Shown: one piece after another, positions 1 through 8,814 of the stretch
How the letters are laid out: every line of letters begins with the position of its first letter
How positions within the stretch are numbered: the first letter of the stretch is position 1
Source: Bacteroidales bacterium
GTDB lineage: Bacteria > Bacteroidota > Bacteroidia > Bacteroidales > UBA932
Reading direction: 5' to 3'
Length of the DNA stretch: 64,000 nucleotides
Assembly (NCBI GenBank): GCA_017442315.1
Contig: JAFRZX010000092.1
Span: forward strand, 3,276-67,275
Notes under the pieces: model-generated
The model's input: only the letters and a program-made list of their open reading frames with translations
Told to the model about the DNA's origin: nothing
The model's database searches: none
Program-made: the position numbers and the translations under genes

Positions 1-556
1 CAGCATTCACTCTTATTCCAAATCTTCCGAGTTCTCTGGATAGCGACCTGGTCAGCCCGTTCACGGCAGACTTGGATGCGGGATACATGCAGCCAAGTCC
101 CTGACCGTAGAAACTGACAACCGAACTGGTGTTGATGATGCATCCGTTGCCCGCAACTTTCATATGAGCAGCTGCAGCCTTGCAGCAGACGAATACGGCC
201 CGGATGTTAAGATCAATTATCTTATCCAGATCCTCATCTGTATAATGATCAAAAGGTATGCTTTGCGATATCCCGGCATTGTTGGCCAGAATGTCTATCC
301 TGCCGTACTTTTCCATAATATCTTCCATGGCCTTTTGCACCTGCTTCTGGTCAGTAAGTACCGGGGCCATTGCCATTGCTTCGCAATCAGGAAATATTTC
401 CTTGAGCTTTTCCAATGCGGCGTCTGCCGTTTCAGTTCTTGATCCCCAGATTACAACCTTGGCCTGAGCTTGAACAAAGGCCTTTACCATTGCGAAGCCT
501 ATGCCCCGCGTACCTCCGGTGACTATCGCCACCTTGTCTTTTAAATTCAGATTCAT
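1..556 (-). CDS. Short-chain dehydrogenase/reductase, 3alpha-hydroxysteroid dehydrogenase/BaiA-like (partial, runs off left edge)
   Basis: Not in the ORF track. Manual translation from the ATG at 556 gives MNLNLKDKVAIVTGGTRGIGFA...NNAGISQS...NTSSVV...YPASK...IRVNA, with the SDR TGxxxGIG, NNAG and YxxxK motifs. Confidence 0.9.
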   Translation of the reverse strand, partial: MNLNLKDKVAIVTGGTRGIGFAMVKAFVQAQAKVVIWGSRTETADAALEKLKEIFPDCEAMAMAPVLTDQKQVQKAMEDIMEKYGRIDILANNAGISQSIPFDHYTDEDLDKIIDLNIRAVFVCCKAAAAHMKVAGNGCIINTSSVVSFYGQGLGCMYPASKSAVNGLTRSLSRELGRFGIRVNA

Positions 557-1011
557 ATACGTTGTTTCCTTTTGCTGCTTCATCTGCTAAAATGAGACCA
601 GCAGGTGAAGCGATGTTAGTAATACATGTCCGTTTATTGAACATTTGGATTACAGACTCTTAACCATATGCTGCAAGTCTTGATAAATATACATTTTTCC
701 AATCAGATGGTGTTCTGGCAAATATACCAAATTTCCTTTTCTTTTGTAAACTGTATGTCAGGAACACCCATGAGAATTGCTGTCTCTTTTTATGAATTGA
801 TTGGGTCGCTGTCAGATTATGGCATCATTTTGGCTGGTTGATAAATGCTTTGCATTGTTCATCTGTATGACCTTTAGGAAGATGTTTAGCTCTGTCTGGT
901 ATATGTTTTCCAGCTTATTTCAATCCGGTATTATTTGCTGTTATTTCCATGAAGTAGGAAAATCCATCCCCAGATATGCCAGATAAATTTATTTTGATAA
1001 AAAAATTTAGT

Positions 1012-1926
1012 ATGATACGGTTCTTTTTGGAGTCTATGGTGGATTCGTTGCAGATATCAGTGGCGGTGTCTCTTCCGCAATCACCACCTCTGGCTGTCAT
1101 ACAACTCCTCCACGGGGTGTGCGGGTGCAAGGAACGATACTTCCCTTTTATGAATTTCCTTGCAGAAAAGGGATATGTATGTGTCATCCATGATCATCGT
1201 GGTCATGGGGAAAGTATCCGGGAACGTGATGATTTAGGCTATTTTCATCAAGATGGGTCTAAAGCATTGGTAGAGGATGCCAGGATGGTTTCTGAATGGG
1301 CAAAGGATAAGTATCCGGACCTGCCTTTATATATGGTAGCCCATAGCATGGGATCTATGGTAGCACGTATCTTTCTCAAAAAACATGATTACATGTTAGA
1401 TGGAATTGTCCTATGTGGTAGTCCAGGCTGGAATCCGCTTTCGTCTGCAGGACGGTTGTTCCTGTCCTTCTTGTGCTTTTTTGATGGAGGAAGAAGCCGT
1501 CCAGGATTTATTCAAAGAATGATGTCAGATGTATATAACAGAAAATTCCGTTCTGAGGGTCCGAATGCATGGACATGTTCAGATCCTCAGATGCGTATGA
1601 GTTTTGCAGATAATCCATCGTGCAACTTCCAGCTTACATCCAATGGTGCTAAAACTGTACTGGAACTGATGAAACAGACTTATTCTTCAGATGGTTGGGG
1701 AATGTCCAATCCCGAACTGCCCATATTGTTTTTATCGGGAGAAGAAGACCCATGCATGATCAGTCTTCATAATTTATCGAAAACTGTAGACCATATGAGG
1801 ACTATGGGGTATAAGAATGTTTCGGCAACAGTCTACCCGGAAATGCGTCATGAGGTGCTTAATGAAAAAGACAGAATCAAGGTCTGGAATGATATATTGT
1901 CCTTTATCATGTCTTCTGCCTCATAG
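1012..1926 (+). CDS. Alpha/beta hydrolase (lysophospholipase-like)
   Basis: HG oxyanion motif, DHRGHG, AHSMG nucleophile elbow and C-terminal HE. Start chosen at MIRFF inside ORF 976..1926. Confidence 0.85.
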   Translation: MIRFFLESMVDSLQISVAVSLPQSPPLAVIQLLHGVCGCKERYFPFMNFLAEKGYVCVIHDHRGHGESIRERDDLGYFHQDGSKALVEDARMVSEWAKDKYPDLPLYMVAHSMGSMVARIFLKKHDYMLDGIVLCGSPGWNPLSSAGRLFLSFLCFFDGGRSRPGFIQRMMSDVYNRKFRSEGPNAWTCSDPQMRMSFADNPSCNFQLTSNGAKTVLELMKQTYSSDGWGMSNPELPILFLSGEEDPCMISLHNLSKTVDHMRTMGYKNVSATVYPEMRHEVLNEKDRIKVWNDILSFIMSSAS

Positions 1927-1950
1927 AAATGGCCGGGGTTTTCTCAAGAA

Positions 1951-4074
1951 TCAATATGTCAAAGCTGTCTCATGATATGTCTTGAAGCACGGATAATCCT
2001 TCAAGGGTTCCGGACTGCAGAATGTGAGGTTTTTGAAGACTGGTAGGTCGCATTGACCGGAAGGGGAGCATATGACAAGCTGTGCATCGCAATCTTCTAA
2101 TTCTGCATGAATTTCACCGTTGTCGTATCTGTAATGGAGTTTTCCATTTCCAATCCTTACCGAAGTTTCCAGGAATGTTATTTCGGAAGGAAGTTTAGGC
2201 TCAATGACAACTATGTTGTTGAGCAGGTCCGGACGTATTCCAAGAAAGTGTTGATACCAGCATCTGAGATGTTCGGCATTGCTCCATGCCTGCAGGAATG
2301 TCCCTGAACGGTTCACCCATTTCTGCCCTTCGCGTGGATGTGCATCTGCATTTTCGCTGAGACTGCCTGCAGCCCCTTCGTGAAGTGCCTGGCGGTTCAT
2401 ATTCTTGAACAATTCCCAAGCTGCGTCAATCTGGCCGAATTCAATCATGCGTTGCATAGCTATGCCGTTATTCCAAAGCCATACCGTGCCATTGTGGTAT
2501 GCATCATCTTTATGGTAGTAGTGCCAGTTCTCATGCTGTGGATGGAACTGAGCATCCCATTGTGCCAATGATGCTACTCCCCACGGGTACACGAGTTCTT
2601 CCCAAACTCTTCTGGTGACCTTCTGATTGAACGCAGTATCATTGATCAGTTCCAGACAATAAAGCTGGTTAGGACGCATCTGTTTATCCGGTGTCCCATC
2701 TGAGTTGAGATGGTCGTATATCATGGAGCCTTCTTTATCGCAGAAGTCTTTCTCGAAGTTTGAAGATAGTTTTTCAGCAAGTGCGTTCCACTTTATGGCA
2801 GAAGCTGTGTCGCCTATGATAGATGCAATGTTGCTGCCGGCTGAGAGTTGTCCATGCCATAACGCCTGAATGTCATTGGCGCGGTTACCTCTTGGAGACC
2901 CAGGAATCCCGTTACGCTTGACATCCATCCATGTATCAGCATCTGCATGGGTAAGGTATCCCTTGCTGTCGGTGTAGTTGCTTATGGATGATTCGATACT
3001 TGTCTTGATCGCAGGATATAGGTCTGTCAGGAAATCTGTATCTCCGCAATATCTGGCAAGTTCATATGCCTGTATCACAAATCTCGGTGTTCCATCGGTA
3101 GTGTTGTATAAGATGCCCTCAAGATTGGCTCTGTTCGGTATCCTTCCATATGTTTCGGAAGACGGATCCGTATCCTGAAGTTTGGCGAAGTCCTTCAGAA
3201 TGTCTTTGGCTACTTCAAACTGTCCGGTTACAAGACATGCTCCTGGCATGGAAATGAACATGTCTCTACCCCAGTACTCGTTGAACCAAGGAAGTCCGGC
3301 ATAAATTCCTTTTCCCTGCTGACATGTTATGAGTTCATCTGTAGTTATGGTTATCCAATCAAGTGCCTTGTCAAGATCTTCAAGATTGGATCTTATAGGA
3401 TTGAATTCGGTGATCAATCCATTTATGCGGTCTTTCCTTTCCTTCAGCATTTTTCTTCCGCTTTTTCTGAACAACTTGACCAGATCCTTGCATTCCTGCA
3501 CTGTTCCGTAGGTCAATATGAATCCTCCTGCTTCTGATGGTGTACTGATTCCGTTATCAATCAATGCGTGGCTGCAGTTTGTGGCTGGAGACAGCAGTAT
3601 TCTTTTATCTTCTGCTTCTTTGGGAGTGAAAAGCATGCCTTCTGCAATTGCTTCTGTTCCAGAAATACGTTCCATGTCGATGCTGCATGAAATATCTGAC
3701 GCCTTCGCATCCAGTTCTATGAACAGTATGGGATGATCATCCATCAGATAAAAAGACTCTATTGCATTTCCCCACGTTCGGACAAGCCTGTCCGGATACA
3801 CAGTACACTCGGCTTCCGATCTGTCAAGTCCGATGTCACCTGCACTGAGCGAATAATCTGCCATTATGCGTTTCTTTGCCATATTCCAGCCCGACCACCA
3901 TTCTGTTTCCTTCTGATGAGTCCTTCCATACCAATATCCTGATTTCTTGTCTGTATATGAGTATTCCCTGTTTTCTTCTGCATTGACCCTGATGCCGATC
4001 TGATCTGTCTTATATACATTATGGCAGCATGACAATATGGCTGCAGATGCTGCGAGAATCAAAAAATGTTTCAT
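1951..4074 (-). CDS. Amylo-alpha-1,6-glucosidase/glycogen-debranching-like glycoside hydrolase, probable lipoprotein
   Basis: AGLPWF..WGRD, TWMD, RPNQL, YHNGTVW and QAWS motifs of the GDE_C family. Signal MKHFLILAASAAILSC. Confidence 0.8.
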   Translation of the reverse strand: MKHFLILAASAAILSCCHNVYKTDQIGIRVNAEENREYSYTDKKSGYWYGRTHQKETEWWSGWNMAKKRIMADYSLSAGDIGLDRSEAECTVYPDRLVRTWGNAIESFYLMDDHPILFIELDAKASDISCSIDMERISGTEAIAEGMLFTPKEAEDKRILLSPATNCSHALIDNGISTPSEAGGFILTYGTVQECKDLVKLFRKSGRKMLKERKDRINGLITEFNPIRSNLEDLDKALDWITITTDELITCQQGKGIYAGLPWFNEYWGRDMFISMPGACLVTGQFEVAKDILKDFAKLQDTDPSSETYGRIPNRANLEGILYNTTDGTPRFVIQAYELARYCGDTDFLTDLYPAIKTSIESSISNYTDSKGYLTHADADTWMDVKRNGIPGSPRGNRANDIQALWHGQLSAGSNIASIIGDTASAIKWNALAEKLSSNFEKDFCDKEGSMIYDHLNSDGTPDKQMRPNQLYCLELINDTAFNQKVTRRVWEELVYPWGVASLAQWDAQFHPQHENWHYYHKDDAYHNGTVWLWNNGIAMQRMIEFGQIDAAWELFKNMNRQALHEGAAGSLSENADAHPREGQKWVNRSGTFLQAWSNAEHLRCWYQHFLGIRPDLLNNIVVIEPKLPSEITFLETSVRIGNGKLHYRYDNGEIHAELEDCDAQLVICSPSGQCDLPVFKNLTFCSPEPLKDYPCFKTYHETALTY

Positions 4075-4097
4075 ATTATCAAAGGTTTTCATTTCCG

Positions 4098-4105
4098 CAA
4101 ACATA
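4098..4105 (-). promoter_or_regulatory. Bacteroidetes -7 promoter element for the glycoside hydrolase gene
   Basis: TATGTTTG on the minus strand, just upstream of the inferred start. Confidence 0.55.
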
Positions 4106-4156
4106 CGTAAAACATTTGTAAATCTATGCTTTGACACGTATTTTTGCACCAGAGCC

Positions 4157-4240
4157 ATAACTTTCGTTACTGCAGGGTACCGTAGAAGTACGTAAAATGC
4201 AGACGGGAGCAACATAAGTTACTCCCGCCACAAAAGTTAT
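4157..4240 (-). ncRNA. Candidate structured RNA or elaborate terminator downstream of the DUF2795 gene
   Basis: An 11-bp closing stem encloses two hairpins. Three plus-strand C/A mismatches become G-U pairs on the minus strand. Confidence 0.4.
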
Positions 4241-4267
4241 CTGTTTGATTTCAAACAAGTTACCTCA

Positions 4268-4489
4268 TTAGTATTCCTCTTCGTTCCAGAAGAAATCGTC
4301 TTTTGACGGATAGTCTGGCCAGATGTCTTCTATGCTTTCGTAGATTTCGCCGTCATCTTCAAGTTCTTCAAGGTTTTCCACTACTTCAAGAGGTGCTCCT
4401 GAGCGTGTAGCATAGTCGATGAGCTCTTCCTTTGTTGCAGGCCATGGAGCGTCTTCGAGCCTGTATGCAAGTTCAAGTGTCCAATACAT
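4268..4489 (-). CDS. DUF2795 domain protein
   Basis: Highly conserved small acidic Bacteroidetes protein, MYWTLELA..LEDAPWPATKEELIDYA. Confidence 0.9.
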   Translation of the reverse strand: MYWTLELAYRLEDAPWPATKEELIDYATRSGAPLEVVENLEELEDDGEIYESIEDIWPDYPSKDDFFWNEEEY

Positions 4490-4552
4490 ATTTTATGGTT
4501 TTAAATTATTAATTATCAGCATTTAAGCTATATGCCCGATGATTAGGGGCGG

Positions 4553-4601
4553 CAAATATAGATAAAAAAACTTAATGATGAAGTTCTTTTTGCTATTTTT
4601 G
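4553..4601. promoter_or_regulatory. Divergent -7 promoter elements for DUF2795 (-) and folE (+)
   Basis: TATATTTG on minus (4553-4560) and TATTTTTG on plus (4594-4601). Confidence 0.6.
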
Positions 4602-4705
4602 CATAGTTTAGTATGTCTTTTTCGCGGCGGTTATGGCACAATTATCATACCATCGTAAATCCAAAGACATAAATGATGGTCTTTTTATATAAAAAACTCT
4701 ATATA

Positions 4706-5293
4706 ATGGCATATATTAAGGAAGAATTTTATGACGGGGACGTCACATCGGCAATAGCAGATCACTATAGGGAGATTTTGAGGCTTTTGGGCGAAGACCC
4801 GGAACGCGAAGGGCTTCTCAAGACTCCGGAACGTGTGGCGAAGGCTCTGCAGTTTCTGACTCATGGAGCACATCATGATGGTGCTGAAATCCTCAGGAGT
4901 GCCATATTCAAGGAAGAGTACCAGCAGATGGTGCTTGTAAAGGATATTGAACTGTATTCAACCTGTGAACATCATGTTATGCCGTTTATCGGCAAGGCTC
5001 ATGTTGCATATATACCAGACGGAACTATTACTGGTCTCAGCAAGATTGCACGTGTGGTCGAGACTTATGCCCGCCGTCTTCAGGTTCAGGAAAGACTGAC
5101 CACACAGATACGTGACTGCATTCAGGATACTCTGAATCCTCTTGGAGTAGCAGTAGTTATTGAAGCTTCGCATACCTGCATGACCCTTAGAGGAGTGCAG
5201 AAGGCCAATGCGGTGACAACCACATCGGCCTTCAGCGGTATATTCCTCAAAGACGAACGTACCCGTAACGAATTCCTCAATCTCATTCGCTAG
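4706..5293 (+). CDS. folE: GTP cyclohydrolase I
   Basis: [31 protein letters not shown] and HTCM motifs. Confidence 0.97.
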   Translation: MAYIKEEFYDGDVTSAIADHYREILRLLGEDPEREGLLKTPERVAKALQFLTHGAHHDGAEILRSAIFKEEYQQMVLVKDIELYSTCEHHVMPFIGKAHVAYIPDGTITGLSKIARVVETYARRLQVQERLTTQIRDCIQDTLNPLGVAVVIEASHTCMTLRGVQKANAVTTTSAFSGIFLKDERTRNEFLNLIR

Positions 5294-5319
5294 AGATCCC
5301 CGATCAGGTCGGGGATGAC
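5294..5319. repeat. REP-like palindrome between convergent folE and htpG
   Basis: AGATCCCCGA-TCAGG-TCGGGGATGAC: 8-bp stem, GTCAT end on the minus strand, no U-tract. Confidence 0.55.
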
Positions 5320-5329
5320 GCTCCATCCT

Positions 5330-7327
5330 CTATTTCAGATAAGCATCCTCGACAACTTTTGCGCTACGGGCAATGAAGTCGCTGAGGTCCTTGCCTTTAA
5401 GCATGCCGTTTGCAAGAAGTGCAAGGGATGTGATCTGTCTCAGAATCTCGTTGTTCATGGCAAAAGCTTCAAGGTCAGACTTATGAGCCGCATCAGCGGT
5501 TTCCTTTGCTTCTGTCACGGTCTTCTTTACATCTTCTGAAGCATCCTCGGCAGCATCTGGAATTATCTGTGCCGGAGCGACTTCCGTTGTCTTGGCAGTC
5601 AAGATCTTTTCTACCAGAGGATGTTCAAGATTGACAATGATGTTGTACATTGCAGGCATTTCTCCGTAGAAGTTCATTCCGCCTCCCATTGCAGACATCT
5701 CACGATATCTTCTCATGAATTCGCTCTGAGTTATAAGGACAGGTGATGCTTCTGATCCGAGATTTTCAGCCTGGACATAATATTCGTTTTCCTTTGGAAG
5801 TACAGTCTTGAAGAGAACAGAGATATCTTCCATCTCGTTTTCCGATAGTTCAGGCTTCGCCTTGTCTACTTTTGCAATGAGATTGTCTATACTGTCTGAA
5901 TCCACTCGTGCAAAACGGGCATTTTCAATCTTTGTTTCCAGAAGGTTCACGAAGTGACTGTCAAGCTGGCAGTCCATGAGCAGCACGTCATAACCTTTTG
6001 CCTTTGCTGCCTCTATGAAAGGATACTGGCCCTCTGCGTCTGTGGCATAAAGAAAGACAGTCTTCTTATCCTTGTCAGTCTGTCCGCTTTCTATAGCTTT
6101 CTTATAATCATCTATGCTGAAATATTTTCCTTCTGTATTTTTAAGCAGGCAGAATTTCATGGCTCTGTCGCAGAACTTCTCGTCAGAAAGCATTCCATAT
6201 TCAATGAAAATCTTGAGATTATCCCATTTTTCTTCAAGTTGCTGTCTTTCATTCCTGAAAATTTCATCGAGACGGTCTGCCACTTTTTTGGTGATGTATG
6301 TAGAGATCTTCTTTACGTTTGAATCACTTTGAAGATAGCTTCGTGACACATTAAGAGGAATGTCAGGAGAGTCTATCACGCCATGAAGAAGAGTGAGGAA
6401 GTCAGGGACAATGTTGTCTACAGAGTCTGTTACGAACATCTGATTGCAGTAGAGCTGTATCTTGTTTCTTGATATCTCTACGTTGTTCTTGATCTTAGGG
6501 AAATACAGTATGCCGGTCAGATTGAAAGGGTAGTCTACATTCAGATGAATGTGGAACAGCGGCTCTTCTCCCATTGGGTAAAGTGCCCGGTAGAACTTAT
6601 TGTAATCTTCATCCTTCAGGTCAGCCGGCTTGCGTGTCCAGAGTGGTTCTACTTTATTAATGACATTGTCTTTATCGGTGTCTGCGTATTTTCCATCCTT
6701 CCACTCCTGCTCCTTGCCGAAAATCACAGGGACAGGCATGAATTTGCAGTATTTGTCAAGCAGACCTGTTATGCGTGACTTCTGTGCATATTCCTTTTCG
6801 TCATCAGCTATATAAAGTGTAATTACAGTTCCTCTTTCTGCCTTGTCGCATGCTTCCATGTCATATTCCGGGGAACCGTCACAACTCCACTTTACACCAG
6901 TTGCACCATCTTTCCATGATAGTGTCTCTATTGTCACTTTTTCAGCAACCATGAAGGCAGAATAGAATCCGAGGCCGAAGTGTCCGATTATGCTGCTGAG
7001 CTGATCCTTGTATTTTTCAAGAAATTCCCCTGCGCTGGAGAATGCTATCTGGTTGATGTATCTGTCAACCTCTTCTTCGGTCATGCCGATACCGTTGTCT
7101 ATGACTTTGAGGGTCTTTGCCGATTCATCCAGTTCGATGCGTACTGCAAGCTCTCCCAATTCACCCTTGAAATCGCCGGATGCAGCCAGAGCCTTCATTT
7201 TCTGTGTCGCATCTACAGCATTGGCCACAAGCTCTCTGAGAAAGATCTCATGGTCAGAGTAAAGAAATTTCTTGATTACCGGGAATATGTTCTCGGTAGT
7301 AACTCCAATTTTTCCTGTTGTTGCCAT
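5330..7327 (-). CDS. htpG: Chaperone HtpG (Hsp90)
   Basis: IFLRELVANAVDA, DNGIGM, IGHFGLGFYSAF and PLNVSRSYLQ motifs. Confidence 0.97.
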   Translation of the reverse strand: MATTGKIGVTTENIFPVIKKFLYSDHEIFLRELVANAVDATQKMKALAASGDFKGELGELAVRIELDESAKTLKVIDNGIGMTEEEVDRYINQIAFSSAGEFLEKYKDQLSSIIGHFGLGFYSAFMVAEKVTIETLSWKDGATGVKWSCDGSPEYDMEACDKAERGTVITLYIADDEKEYAQKSRITGLLDKYCKFMPVPVIFGKEQEWKDGKYADTDKDNVINKVEPLWTRKPADLKDEDYNKFYRALYPMGEEPLFHIHLNVDYPFNLTGILYFPKIKNNVEISRNKIQLYCNQMFVTDSVDNIVPDFLTLLHGVIDSPDIPLNVSRSYLQSDSNVKKISTYITKKVADRLDEIFRNERQQLEEKWDNLKIFIEYGMLSDEKFCDRAMKFCLLKNTEGKYFSIDDYKKAIESGQTDKDKKTVFLYATDAEGQYPFIEAAKAKGYDVLLMDCQLDSHFVNLLETKIENARFARVDSDSIDNLIAKVDKAKPELSENEMEDISVLFKTVLPKENEYYVQAENLGSEASPVLITQSEFMRRYREMSAMGGGMNFYGEMPAMYNIIVNLEHPLVEKILTAKTTEVAPAQIIPDAAEDASEDVKKTVTEAKETADAAHKSDLEAFAMNNEILRQITSLALLANGMLKGKDLSDFIARSAKVVEDAYLK

Positions 7328-7393
7328 ATTGTCTTATTTATTAATTATTTTATTAATTATCATGTATCTTTCTTTGCAGACGGCCTGATGTAG

Positions 7394-7438
7394 TCAAAAT
7401 ATGTTCCATTTGCAGAATACTGACTATTTGTCAGTATT
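7394..7438 (-). promoter_or_regulatory. Putative heat-shock operator plus sigma54-like -24/-12 element upstream of htpG
   Basis: Minus strand CTGACAAATAGTCAG-N11-TGGAACATATTTTGA, with the same layout upstream of grpE. Confidence 0.6.
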
Positions 7439-7533
7439 TGGTGAATTTTTCTGTCATGCATTGAATATGTTAAGAAAAACACTTATTTTCGCATAATATT
7501 GTTGATAGGATAGCCAACTGATAGAATCTCTAA

Positions 7534-8814
7534 ATGTGTCATATAAGATACATATATACTGTCGTCTCTCTTTTTATGACAATTTCGACATATGCAATTG
7601 CCGGAACTGTTACTGAGCATTGTGATTCAGCAGTTGTATTCAGATTCCGTATAAATTATCCGATAAACATTTCTGAGATTAAGGAAGACTTCAATGGTAA
7701 TGCCGCATCTTTTTCGCGCATTAATGAGTTTCTTTATAAATCCCCCAGAATAGACAGCATAATCATATATTCTTCAGCATCACCTGACGGTTCCTTCGCA
7801 TTTAACAGCAAACTTGCAAGAGAGCGTGGAAAAAGGGCAGAGGAATATATCCTGAAGCATCTTCCGGTTTCTATGAATCCACCTGTCATCATACTCAATC
7901 CAACGGCAGAAAACTGGAACGGATTATATGAACTGGTGGAAGATTCATATCCTTTTGATGACAGATCTGATGTGCTGTCCCTGCTTGAAAGGAATGACAT
8001 TACGGACAGTTACCGTAAAATCCTTTTGAAGAAACTGAACGGAGGAAAACCATGGAAGTTTTTGAGAGAGCATATTCTGCCTGAGTTGAGATATGCGACA
8101 TGGGTGACTCATCTTGTGAAAAATCCGATGATACCGGTAGTTCCCGCACAGGAATATGCCGGTGTCGTTGAAGCGCTTGCTACTCCTGTTCTGCAGTGGA
8201 CTTTTCCCACTCCAGAGAGTAAATCATCACCTGAAACCAAGACGATACTGGCGCTCCGAAGTAATCTGCTTTATGATGCGTTGACACTCTTGAATTATTC
8301 TGTGGAAATACCTGTATACAGAAATCATGCTTCATTGGTTATTCATCATCAGTTCCCGTGGTGGCTATGGGGACAATCAGATAATGAATATTGCGTCAGA
8401 TATCTTAGTGTCGGTACTGAAGCCCGCTGGTGGTTCGCACCAAGACCTGTTGATGCTACAGAAATGCGGATAAGACGTGATAAGTTTACAGGTCATTTTC
8501 TGGGATTATATTGCGAATCCGGCAAATATGATTTTCAGTTTCGGAGAAGTGTCTGCTATCAGGGAGAATTCTGGAGTGCTGGTTTGAGTTACGGATATGC
8601 CTTACCTGTTGGAAAAAGGCTTAATCTGGAGTTGTCGGTATCGGCTGGATATGCTTCGATTCCCTACAGGGGATATACGCCAAGCGATGATTATATGTAT
8701 CTTTGGAGAGATCTCGGAAAGACAGGCAGATTGCATTACTGGGGTCCGACAAAGGCTCAGGTCACACTTGTCGTTCCTATTACTGTAAAGATTGGAAATG
8801 TAGGGAAGATATGA
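7534..8814 (+). CDS. DUF3575 outer-membrane protein with N-terminal OmpA-like domain
   Basis: Signal peptide, OmpA-like SSASPDG..N..LA..R segment, then barrel motifs LALRSNLLYD, EARWW and WGPTKAQVTL. Confidence 0.75.
   Translation: MCHIRYIYTVVSLFMTISTYAIAGTVTEHCDSAVVFRFRINYPINISEIKEDFNGNAASFSRINEFLYKSPRIDSIIIYSSASPDGSFAFNSKLARERGKRAEEYILKHLPVSMNPPVIILNPTAENWNGLYELVEDSYPFDDRSDVLSLLERNDITDSYRKILLKKLNGGKPWKFLREHILPELRYATWVTHLVKNPMIPVVPAQEYAGVVEALATPVLQWTFPTPESKSSPETKTILALRSNLLYDALTLLNYSVEIPVYRNHASLVIHHQFPWWLWGQSDNEYCVRYLSVGTEARWWFAPRPVDATEMRIRRDKFTGHFLGLYCESGKYDFQFRRSVCYQGEFWSAGLSYGYALPVGKRLNLELSVSAGYASIPYRGYTPSDDYMYLWRDLGKTGRLHYWGPTKAQVTLVVPITVKIGNVGKI

Noticed and set aside
4669-4700. preQ1-I riboswitch suggested by ATAAAAAACT before folE
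   Set aside because: The only preceding stem is A-U only and the conserved loop residues are not evident.
7440-7533. Invertible promoter for the pilus locus
   Set aside because: No flanking inverted repeats around the promoter-like TATTTTCG and no recombinase in the window.
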